Assembly: GCA_963793695.1 (NCBI GenBank)
Contig: CAWCBB010000028.1
Span: forward strand, 657-64,656
Source: an uncultured Acidobacteriota bacterium
GTDB lineage: Bacteria > Acidobacteriota > Thermoanaerobaculia > Gp7-AA8
Direction of reading: 5' to 3'
Length of the DNA: 64,000 bases
Below are positions 16,512 to 24,204 of the stretch, piece after piece. The translations under genes and the position numbers were made by a program. The notes beneath the pieces were generated by a model that was not told the DNA's origin, did no database searches, and saw only the letters and a list, made by a program, of their open reading frames with translations. Position 1 is the first letter of the stretch, and each line of letters starts with the position of its first letter.

Positions 16512-17950
16512 CACTCGGTCCCGTCGAGAAAGTGGAGGATCTGCTCCACGTGGCGCCACTCGGTCATCCCGTTTCCGATCGCCACGCGGATGGCGAAGGC
16601 GCCGCGGAGCCTCGTCGTCGCGAGGAACGCCCGCCCGGAGTCGTTGATCCTCTCGACCAGCTCCAGCGAGGCTCGCTCCGACGCCTGCTCGTCGATCGCT
16701 CCGGAGGCGTCGCGGACGATGCGGCGGAAAACGACGACGCTGAGCGTCCGCGGCGCCACGAGCTCCACGTCGTCCCTCTCGGCGAGCGCCGCGGCGAGGC
16801 GCCGCGCGCACTCGATGTGCCCCCGCTGGGTGGCGCGCAGCCGCTCGAGGCCGTAGTGCTCGAAGATCATCCAGAGCTTGAGGGCGCGGAAGCGCCGCCC
16901 GAGCTGGAGCCCGTAATCCATGTAATTGACGTCCGCCGCGTCGGTCGTCTTCAGGTACTCCGGAATCAGCGAGAACGTCTTCTTCAGCTCGTCGGGCCGG
17001 CGCGTGTAGAGGACGCTGCAGTCGACGGGCGTGAAGAGCCACTTGTGCGGATTGATCACCACCGAGTCGGCCCTCTCGATCCCGCTCCAGAGGTGGCGCA
17101 GCTCGGGGCAGATCATCGCCGACCCGCCGTACGCGCCGTCGACGTGAAGCCAGATCTTCTCTTTTTCGGCGATCGCCGCGATCGCGTCGATCGGGTCGGC
17201 GGCGGTGGTGGCCGTGGTTCCCACCGTGGCCACGACGGCGCAGGGGAGCGCCCCTTCCTTCCGATCGCGCGCGATCGCCTCTTCGAGCGCGTCGGCGCGC
17301 ATCGCGTACGTCCCGTCGCTCGGGATCTTGATGACCCCGCGCGCGCCGAATCCGAGGGCCAGGGCTCCCTTCTCGATCGAGGAGTGCGCCTGGTCGGAAC
17401 AGTAGACGCGGAGAGGAGGAAGGTCACGCCCGGCGAGCCCTTCGCCGCGCACGTCGAGCCCGAGGGCCTCCCGCGCAGCGGCGAGCGCGAGAAACGAGTT
17501 CATCGACGCCGTGTCGTTGATGATCCCGAACCACCCCTCCGGCAGCGCGACCGCCCGCCGGAGCCACTCGAGGACCACCCGCTCGAGCTCCGTCGCCGCC
17601 GGACAGCTCTTCCAGAGCATCCCGTTGACGTTCAGCGCCGCGGAGAGGAGCTCGCCGAGAATCCCCGCCTGCGAGCCCGTCACCGCGAAGTACGCGAAGA
17701 AGCCGGGATGATTCCAGTGCGTCACCCCCGGGAGGATCTTCGTCTCGAACTCCCGCAGCAGGTCCGCGTAGCGCCGTCCCGTCTCCGGCGCGGAAGGGTC
17801 GGAACTGCGCCGCGATCTCCCCCGGCTCCACGCGCGCCATCACCGGCACGCCGTCGATCGCTCGAAGTGATCGGCGATCCAGTCGATCAGCCGATGCCCC
17901 ATCTCCCGGAATTCGTCTGTGGAAGGGTCGAGAACGGTTGGTTGATCCAT
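16511..17950 (-). CDS. Pyridoxal-dependent (group II, aromatic-L-amino-acid type) decarboxylase, two compensating frame disruptions near the 5' end
   Basis: THWNHPGFFAYF and INPHKW (PLP lysine) motifs. The N-terminus MDQPTVLDPSTDEFREMGHRLIDWIADHFE starts at the ATG at 17950 (GAGGTG upstream), in the same frame as the main ORF. About 63 nt between ~17878 and ~17815 read in another frame. Confidence 0.8.
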
Positions 17951-17980
17951 GGAGGACACCTCGGAGTGAGGATATCGCAC

Positions 17981-18129
17981 GGATTGCGGATTGCAGATTA
18001 CCGATTGCAGATTGCAGATTGCAGATTACGGAGCCGAACAGGACCATCCCGGCATCATGCAAGGGAGGTGGCCTCATGCGGAGATGGCTCGTTCCGGCTT
18101 CGTAATCTGCAATCTGCAATCTGCAATGC
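17981..18129. repeat. Tandem-repeat-armed palindrome, TGCAGAT family
   Basis: 7 units (GGATTGC GGATTGC AGATTAC CGATTGC AGATTGC AGATTGC AGATTAC) at 17981-18029. 4 inverted units (GTAATCT GCAATCT GCAATCT GCAATGC) lie at 18102-18129. The core is itself an imperfect palindrome (GGAGCCGAACAGGACCATC / GATGGCTCGTTCCGGCTTC). Confidence 0.9.
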
Positions 18130-19617
18130 TACGACGCGCCGCGTGCCGGAGAGAACCGCCGGGATCGTGCGGAGGAGGATCTTGAAGTCGAGCGCGGGCG
18201 ACCAGGTGTCGATGTACTGGAGGTCGAGCTCCATCCAGCGGTCGAAGTCGACGCTGTTGCGGCCGCTCACCTGCCAGAGGCACGTCAGCCCCGGCTTCAT
18301 CGACAGGCGCCGGCGCTGCCACCGCTCGTAGGACCAGACTTCCTCCGGCAGCGGCGGCCGCGGGCCGACCAGGCTCATGTCGCCGCGCAGCACGTTCCAG
18401 AGCTGCGGGATCTCGTCGAGCGAGAACTTCCGGAGGACCCTTCCGACCTTCGTGACCCGCGGATCCTGGCTCGACTTGAACACCGGGCCGTTCATCTCGT
18501 TGAGATGCGCGATCTCCTCCCGCATCCGATGCGCGTCCTCGATCATCGTCCGGAACTTGTAGAGCGTGAAGATCCGGCCGTTGAGCCCGAGGCGCTCCTG
18601 CTTGAAGAGGACGGAGCCGGGCGAGGTGAAGCGGATCGCCAGCGCCGCGACGGCGAGCATCGGGAGCGTCATCAGGAGAAGGAACGCCGACGCGCAGACG
18701 TCGATCGACCTTTTGAGGGCGAGCTGGCTCACGTTGCTCGGCGTGGTCGTGAACGTGAGGAACGGGATCCCTTCCAGGTCCTCGAGCTCCACGCGCGCGA
18801 GGCGGTTGGGGAAGAAGTTCATCGCGATCCGGGTCTTGACGCCGAGCTCTTCGCACAGGAGAAACGTCGATCGGAGCGCGTCGAGCTTCCGCCGCGTGAC
18901 CGCGAAGGCGACCTCGTCGATCGCGTCCTTGTGCCCCTGGATCCCCTTCTCGACGAGCTGGCGGAGGTCCTCGAGGCTCCCGAGGATCTTGTAGCGGGTG
19001 TTCCAGCCGTTCGGCAGCCGGTGCCCGTCCGAGACGAACCCGAGGATCTTGTAACCCCAGTAGGGATGCTGCTCGATCGTCTCGACGATCTCGCGGCCGC
19101 GACGGCCGGTGCCGACGACGACGATCGTCCGGTAATTCATCCCGCGAGACCGGACGTACCGCGCGAGGATGCGGATCGCGGAACGGTTGAGGGTGAGCAG
19201 GACGCCCGCGAAGATCGGGAAGAGGATGAACCAGGTGCGCGAGAGGAGCTCGAGCCGGAGAAGATAGGCGATCGCGGCGAGCAGGAGCGTGCCGATCCCG
19301 ACGATGTGGAGCACGTCGCGGATCTCGTGGCGGATCGGGATCGTGCGGTGGCTGTGGTAGCTCTGGTGCGAGAAGAAGAGGAGCGTCCACAGGATCAGCG
19401 CGACCGGAAGGAGCTTCGCGTACTCGAGGAACGGGTAGAGGCCGGTGGGGAACGCGTGGGGGGCGATCAGCGGAAACAGGACGTCGCGGACCCAGAAGGC
19501 CAGAAAGAATGCGCCGGCGGTCAGCACGACATCGCTGAGGTAAACCAGCCTTCTGACGAGTCTTGCGTGCTGCTTGAGCATTCGCTTCCGGTTCCGCCCT
19601 GCCGCCGTCCGGCGCAA
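18055..19617 (-). CDS. Undecaprenyl-phosphate sugar phosphotransferase (WbaP/EpsB-type initiating transferase)
   Basis: 520-aa ORF with N-terminal TM helices and the C-terminal bacterial sugar transferase motifs FKFRTM, GPRPPLPEEV and KPGLTCLWQVSGRN. The last ~25 codons read through the right arm and core of a TGCAGAT element, so the native stop is probably near 18130. Confidence 0.85.
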   Translation of the reverse strand: MRRTAAGRNRKRMLKQHARLVRRLVYLSDVVLTAGAFFLAFWVRDVLFPLIAPHAFPTGLYPFLEYAKLLPVALILWTLLFFSHQSYHSHRTIPIRHEIRDVLHIVGIGTLLLAAIAYLLRLELLSRTWFILFPIFAGVLLTLNRSAIRILARYVRSRGMNYRTIVVVGTGRRGREIVETIEQHPYWGYKILGFVSDGHRLPNGWNTRYKILGSLEDLRQLVEKGIQGHKDAIDEVAFAVTRRKLDALRSTFLLCEELGVKTRIAMNFFPNRLARVELEDLEGIPFLTFTTTPSNVSQLALKRSIDVCASAFLLLMTLPMLAVAALAIRFTSPGSVLFKQERLGLNGRIFTLYKFRTMIEDAHRMREEIAHLNEMNGPVFKSSQDPRVTKVGRVLRKFSLDEIPQLWNVLRGDMSLVGPRPPLPEEVWSYERWQRRRLSMKPGLTCLWQVSGRNSVDFDRWMELDLQYIDTWSPALDFKILLRTIPAVLSGTRRVVALQIADCRLRSRNEPSPHEATSLA

Positions 19618-19646
19618 CCCCTTGTGTAGGGGCGGCCTGCGGCCGC
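19618..19646 (+). repeat. GTAG-type REP
   Basis: CCCTTGTGTAGGGGCGGCCTGCGGCCGC, the same sequence as the 11121 copy. Confidence 0.8.
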
Positions 19647-19755
19647 ATCGATGGCCGCAGTTACCCCGTCGTCAACGGCACGATCCGCTCGCTGATACGG
19701 ATTCCCGCCCCGAGAGCGTCTAGGCGCCGTGCCGGATAACCTCCCGGGGTGCCCC

Positions 19756-19784
19756 AGTATTGCCGCCATAATGACAAATAACAA
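19756..19784 (-). promoter_or_regulatory. Weak candidate sigma70-type promoter upstream of the sugar transferase gene
   Basis: On the minus strand: TTGTTA, a 17-nt spacer, then AATACT. It sits in an AT-richer patch just after the GT4 stop. Confidence 0.25.
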
Positions 19785-19786
19785 GT

Positions 19787-21046
19787 TCAGCGGGCCGCAA
19801 TCTCCCGGAACAACGCCTCGTAGGCGTCGACGACGCCCTCCCACGCGTAGTTCGCCCGTGCCCGTGCCCGTGCCCGTGCCCGGATCTCCGTGTCGTCCGA
19901 AGCGAGCGCGTCCGCGAGAACACGCGGGAACGAAGCCTCCCCCTCGAATCGGAAGTACCGGACCGACTCTCCCCCGACCTCCCGGTTCTCCGGCGTATCG
20001 AGCGCGAGCACGGCGCCGTTCGATCCCATCGCTTCGATCAGCGCCGGATGCGTCCCGCCGACCTCGGTCGCCTGGATGTAGATGCGCGCGCTCCGCTGCA
20101 GCGTCCGGTAATCGGCTCCGTAAATTGCGCCGGGGAGGATGACGCGCCCGCAGGGACTGCCTGCGGCGGTCCGTTTCCCGGCTGCGACTTCCTCGAGCCG
20201 CCTGATCAGCTCACTCGAATACGGCGCGCTCCCCACCATGACGAGCGGCAGATCGGTCGCCACGCGACGGAACGCCTCCGCGACCTCGAGCGGATGATTC
20301 TCCGGTTCGAAGCGGCTGACGTAGAGGACGTACCTCTCGGCCTCGAGCCCCAGCCGGTCGAGCACATCGCTATCCGGCTCCTCGGGGAAGTCCGATCCGT
20401 ACGCGATCGTCTCGGCTTCCACGGCGAACGCGTCGCGGTAGTACCGCGCGATCGTCGACGCGTCGGCGACGACGCGCGTCGAGAAGTGCGCCGCGAGCGC
20501 CTCCCCCGTCAGATAGACGACCTTCCCGAGGGCGTTCCACTTCTTCCTCTTCCGTTCGATGCCGTCGACGTTGGTCGCGACGGGAAACCGCGCGGCGCGG
20601 AGGATCGGGAGCACGAATGCGTTCGCCGCGTTGCACAAAAGGATCGCGTCGAACGTGTGCGCCGCCCGGTGTGGTGCGGGCGTCTCGCCCGCCCCTGGTT
20701 GGGCGGCTTCGTTCGAAGGGAGGCGGGCGAGGACGCCCGCACCACACGAGCCCTCGATCGCGCCGTTTTCGCGAATTGCACCCACGAAGATCGCGTGCAG
20801 CGCCGAGAGAAACGCATGCGAGACCGTCTCGAGGTACTTCTGCTCGATCGCGGGAAGGTGGACGAGCTCGATCCCTTCCCACGAAGCGGGTCGCTCGGGA
20901 TAGAGATACGAGCGGCAGTAGACCGTGACGCGGTGGCCGCGCGCGACGAGCCTGGTCCCGAGCTCCGCCGCGAACGTCTCGAATCCGCCGTAGCGCGGCG
21001 GGACCCCGCGCGTGCCGAGGATGGCGATCGAGAGAGGCGTCGGCAT
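19787..21046 (-). CDS. Glycosyltransferase family 4
   Basis: MPTPLSIAILGTRGVPPRYGGFETF N-terminus and GT4 C-terminal motifs (YIQATEVGGTHPALIEAMG). It carries three repeat insertions that keep the frame: REP doublet 20671-20745, REP 20150-20182, and (CCCGTG)4 at 19855-19878. Confidence 0.8.
   Translation of the reverse strand: MPTPLSIAILGTRGVPPRYGGFETFAAELGTRLVARGHRVTVYCRSYLYPERPASWEGIELVHLPAIEQKYLETVSHAFLSALHAIFVGAIRENGAIEGSCGAGVLARLPSNEAAQPGAGETPAPHRAAHTFDAILLCNAANAFVLPILRAARFPVATNVDGIERKRKKWNALGKVVYLTGEALAAHFSTRVVADASTIARYYRDAFAVEAETIAYGSDFPEEPDSDVLDRLGLEAERYVLYVSRFEPENHPLEVAEAFRRVATDLPLVMVGSAPYSSELIRRLEEVAAGKRTAAGSPCGRVILPGAIYGADYRTLQRSARIYIQATEVGGTHPALIEAMGSNGAVLALDTPENREVGGESVRYFRFEGEASFPRVLADALASDDTEIRARARARARANYAWEGVVDAYEALFREIAAR
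19855..19878. repeat. (CCCGTG)4 hexamer run inside the GT4 coding sequence
   Basis: It reads as ..IRARARARARA.. in frame. It is the same unit as the GGGCRC arm family, in reverse complement. Confidence 0.7.
20150..20182 (+). repeat. REP (GCAG variant) inside the GT4 gene
   Basis: GCAGGGACTGCC TGC GGCGGTCCGTTTCCCGGC. It is 33 nt, in frame (AGKRTAAGSPC on the coding strand). Confidence 0.8.
20671..20745. repeat. REP-A doublet inside the GT4 gene
   Basis: GTGGTGCGGGCGTCTCGCCCGCCC, a 27-nt spacer, then GGCGGGCGAGGACGCCCGCACCAC. It is 75 nt, or 25 codons, in frame. Confidence 0.9.
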
Positions 21047-22014
21047 CAGACGAACCAGGGGAGGATCTCGCGATCCGAGACCACGCGCCGGCGCTGGATC
21101 TCCCGGCGATGGCGAAGGATCCGCGCCCGATGTTGCCACAGCCACGCCCATGCGGGAAGCGAGCTTCGCTCGACCGTGAGCGTCGCCAGCGCGACGGCCA
21201 GGTCGCGGCCGATCTCCCACGGCGCGTTCCGGAGCGCGAGCGAGCGTCCCTCGTTCTTGAGCCGCAGCAGGAACCGGTTCTTCACCGAGTGCATGTTGAT
21301 CTCTTCCGGAAGCTCCCTCCGCACCTCCGGCGTCACGCGCCGCACGTGGTACGCGATCGCCTCCGGCACGTGGATGCTCCGCCACCCGAAGAGGCGCGCG
21401 CGCCATGCGAGATCCGCGTCCTCGCGGTACGCGAAAAAGTCCTCGTCGAAGATCTCGCCGTCGACGGCGACCGCTTCGAGACAGGCGCGCCGGTACATTC
21501 CGGCGGCGCCGGAGACCCCGAACACCTCCCGCGGCGCGGAGCCGCGGGGAGGAGGAGGATCCGTGATGTCGAGGTGCCGGCCGCTCCGCGTCATCCGGAT
21601 TCCGGTCGTGTCGATCGCCGCGAGCGGGCGCATCTCCTCCCCGGCCGCCCGGTAGAGCGTTCCCGTCGCCGACCCGAACGGCTCGCCGGAGCGCTCGAGC
21701 GCCGCGACGCACTCCTCGATGTAGCCCGTCTCGAGCCGCACGTCGGGATTGAGCAGGAGGACCCAGGGACCGCCGCTCGCGGCGATCCCCTGGTTCGCCG
21801 CCGCGGCGAAGCCTCGATTCTCGCGATTCCGGATCAGCGCCGCCGGAGCCGCGCGCTCGAGGATCCGCGCGGAGTCGTCGCTCGAGGCATTGTCGATGGC
21901 GACGAGATGGATCGCGCCCCCCTCGAGCTTCTGCCGCGAGAGCGCGTCGAGACAGCGCGGCAGCCAGCGCGCGCTGTTCCAGGCGATCAGGACCGCTGTG
22001 ACGTCTCGTCCCAT
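21046..22014 (-). CDS. Glycosyltransferase family 2
   Basis: VTAVLIAWNS, DNASSDDS, NRGFAAAAN, LLNPD and a DxD-like EDAD. Confidence 0.8.
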   Translation of the reverse strand: MGRDVTAVLIAWNSARWLPRCLDALSRQKLEGGAIHLVAIDNASSDDSARILERAAPAALIRNRENRGFAAAANQGIAASGGPWVLLLNPDVRLETGYIEECVAALERSGEPFGSATGTLYRAAGEEMRPLAAIDTTGIRMTRSGRHLDITDPPPPRGSAPREVFGVSGAAGMYRRACLEAVAVDGEIFDEDFFAYREDADLAWRARLFGWRSIHVPEAIAYHVRRVTPEVRRELPEEINMHSVKNRFLLRLKNEGRSLALRNAPWEIGRDLAVALATLTVERSSLPAWAWLWQHRARILRHRREIQRRRVVSDREILPWFV

Positions 22015-22946
22015 CGCCGCCACGCCTGAGAGAGCACCCGCCGGTACGCCGCGATCGCCTCGCCCTTCGGCGCCGCGCCGGTTCCGATCCCCACGGCCGC
22101 CGCTCCGATCCGGAGGATCATCCCGCCGACGACCGCCATCCGCACTCGTTCCGCATCCTTCTTCCCGAGCCATTTTCCCGCGTAGCGATAGAGATTGCGA
22201 TACCAGAGCTCGAGGAACCCGCCGAGCCCGAGGACCGCGAGCGAGGAGCCGCCCGCATGAACGACGCGCGCCGAAGGGACCAGGTAGAGCCGCGCGCCGG
22301 AATCGTGGATGCGCCGCGAGTAGTCGACGTCCTCGAACCAGGCGGGGAGGAACCTCTCGTCGAACGAGCCGATCGAGTCGAGCGTCTCTTTCCGCAGCAT
22401 GAGCGCGGCCGCCGCCGGCTGCTCGATCGCCTGCGTGCGCGTCAGGTCGAGCCCGCCGTAGCGGTAATGCCTCGACGCGCGGTTCGCCGGGTGGATCTTC
22501 TCGAAGAGGAGCACGTCCGCGAGGATGCTCCGGAGCGTCGGAAAGCGGCGCAGCTGAAACTCGCTCTGCGGCTCCCCGTCCTCGCCGATGAGCAGCGGGG
22601 CCGCTCCCGCCGCCGCGTTCCCGTCGAGAAACGCGACGAGCGTCTCGATCGACCCCGGCTGCGGCTCGCAATCGGGATTCAGAAGGAAGAGATACCTTCC
22701 CCGCACCCGCGGCAGCACGTCGTTGATCGCCCCCGCGAACCCCCGGTTCGTCCGCGACTCGACGAGCTCGGTTCCCTCGAGATCGACCCTCGCCGCGATC
22801 GCCGCGCTCTCATCGCCGGACGCGTTGTCCCAGACGATCGTCTCGAACGATCGCGCGCCCGCGGCCGCGGGGATCGCCCGCAGGCAGCGCTCGATCCAGG
22901 GAGCGCTGTTCCAGGAAACGACGAGGATCGAGACGTCGGGAGTCAT
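21987..22946 (-). CDS. Glycosyltransferase family 2
   Basis: VSILVVSWNS, DNASGDES, NRGFAGAIN, LLNPD and FEDVDY. The start codon directly abuts a repeat arm. Confidence 0.8.
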   Translation of the reverse strand: MTPDVSILVVSWNSAPWIERCLRAIPAAAGARSFETIVWDNASGDESAAIAARVDLEGTELVESRTNRGFAGAINDVLPRVRGRYLFLLNPDCEPQPGSIETLVAFLDGNAAAGAAPLLIGEDGEPQSEFQLRRFPTLRSILADVLLFEKIHPANRASRHYRYGGLDLTRTQAIEQPAAAALMLRKETLDSIGSFDERFLPAWFEDVDYSRRIHDSGARLYLVPSARVVHAGGSSLAVLGLGGFLELWYRNLYRYAGKWLGKKDAERVRMAVVGGMILRIGAAAVGIGTGAAPKGEAIAAYRRVLSQAWRRWDETSQRS

Positions 22947-23094
22947 TGCAGATTGCTGATCGCAGATTGCAGATTGAAAGTCAAAAACCGGGCGCGGGCG
23001 CGTTCACGGGCGCGCCCCCCTCGCCCCGTGAGCGAAGCGAACGGGGAGAGGGGCCGGGGGTGAGGGGCAATCTGCAATCTGCAATCTGCAATCA
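22947..23094. repeat. Tandem-repeat-armed palindrome, TGCAGAT family, with nested modules
   Basis: Left arm TGCAGAT TGCTGAT CGCAGAT TGCAGAT at 22947-22974. Right arm GCAATCT x3 plus GCAATCA at 23067-23094. Inside are a single GGGCRC arm (GAAAGTCAAAAACCGGGCGCGGGCGCGTTCACGGGCGCG, 22973-23013) and a CCCCGT..ACGGGGAGAGGGGCCGGGGGTGAGGGG box (23015-23067). Confidence 0.9.
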
Positions 23095-24204
23095 TCGATG
23101 ATCGATCGCCTCGACCAGCGGCCGGACCACTTCGCTCCACGCAAACCGCGGGCGCAGCCGCTCGAGGTTCAATACGCACGCCGCGTGAAATGCGTCGTCT
23201 TCGACGAGCCGGCGGATCCCCGCCGCGACCGTCGGCAGCGACTCCGGCTCGACGACGACCCCGAGCCCTTCCGACTCGACGAGATCCGCGGCCCATCCGC
23301 CGCGCGTCGCGACGACCGGGATCCCGAAGGCGATCGCGTCGAAGAGGCGCGTCCGGATCGAGAGCTCGGACTCCGCCGTCACTCCGTGCAGCATGATCGA
23401 GAGGCGGCACCCCGCGAGCCATCGCCCCCGCTCGCGATACGGGACCCACTCGTCGTTCCGCAAAATGAACGATTCATCCCCGCTGATCGGCAGCCCCACC
23501 TTCCCGTCGATGTTCCGGTTCGGATGCCCCGTTCCGAGGAAGAGGAGCCGCACGGCGACTCCGTCGGCGTTGAGCTGCTCGACGGCGGTGACCGCGAGCT
23601 TCGGATCGAGCCACTCCCACGTTCCTCCTCCCCAGGCCGCCACGGGCGGTCCGGGAGGAATGGCCGGCTCTCCCCTTCCGGGATCGACCTCCGCGCCGAA
23701 GGGGATCTCGAGCCAGCGGTCGGGCCAGCGGACGATGTCTCCGGTGCGCGAGGCGTGGACGCCGAGGTAGAAGTCGCGCTGGCGGGAGGTGGCGGCGATG
23801 CAGCGCCAGCCGGTGCGGAGCGCGACGGCGAGGCGCCCCCACTCGAGCTGCCGGTGCACGCGCATCCGCAGCGTGGGATCCCGGCGCACGAGCTCCTCGA
23901 GCTCGAGCACCGTCGGATCGAACAGGTCGTAGATGGCGCGCCGGTGCCGCACCGAGAGCACCTCGCGCCGCGGCTGCCCGATCAGCACGTCCGCGGATCG
24001 CATCGCGGCGCGCGCGCCGGGGGACCCCCACTCGGCGGTCTCGAACCCCTGCGGCTCCAGCTCCCGCAGCTGCGCGACGAGCACCACGTCGAAGTGGCGC
24101 GCGAGCTCGGTCGCGAAGTGAAACGCACGGATTCCCGGGCCGGCCATGCGGGAGCCGACCACATCGGGGGTCACGACGGCGACGCGCGTCATCGGCGCGG
24201 ACAT
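23092..24204 (-). CDS. Glycosyltransferase (GT-B fold, GT4-like)
   Basis: 370 aa with a C-terminal FDAIAFGIPVVATRGGWAADLVESEGLGVVVEP motif. The start overlaps the upstream stop (TAATG), and the stop lies inside a repeat arm. Confidence 0.65.
   Translation of the reverse strand: MSAPMTRVAVVTPDVVGSRMAGPGIRAFHFATELARHFDVVLVAQLRELEPQGFETAEWGSPGARAAMRSADVLIGQPRREVLSVRHRRAIYDLFDPTVLELEELVRRDPTLRMRVHRQLEWGRLAVALRTGWRCIAATSRQRDFYLGVHASRTGDIVRWPDRWLEIPFGAEVDPGRGEPAIPPGPPVAAWGGGTWEWLDPKLAVTAVEQLNADGVAVRLLFLGTGHPNRNIDGKVGLPISGDESFILRNDEWVPYRERGRWLAGCRLSIMLHGVTAESELSIRTRLFDAIAFGIPVVATRGGWAADLVESEGLGVVVEPESLPTVAAGIRRLVEDDAFHAACVLNLERLRPRFAWSEVVRPLVEAIDHR

Noticed and set aside
18063-18105. A strong SD-like AAGGGAGGTG followed 6 nt later by a 9-codon ORF (ATG 18076 to TAA 18105) in the core of a TGCAGAT element.
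   Set aside because: It is on the strand opposite to both neighbouring genes, is very short, and is not repeated in the related core at 41659-41733. I treat it as coincidence.
17991-18185. Small ORFs that translate the repeat arms (MQITDCRLQIADY.., MQIADCRLP.., MQNAKCKMQ.., MDFSFCILHFAF.., MHAPAPAPGF..).
   Set aside because: Their sequence is dictated by the tandem units. The same peptides recur wherever the arms occur, in both orientations, with no start context.
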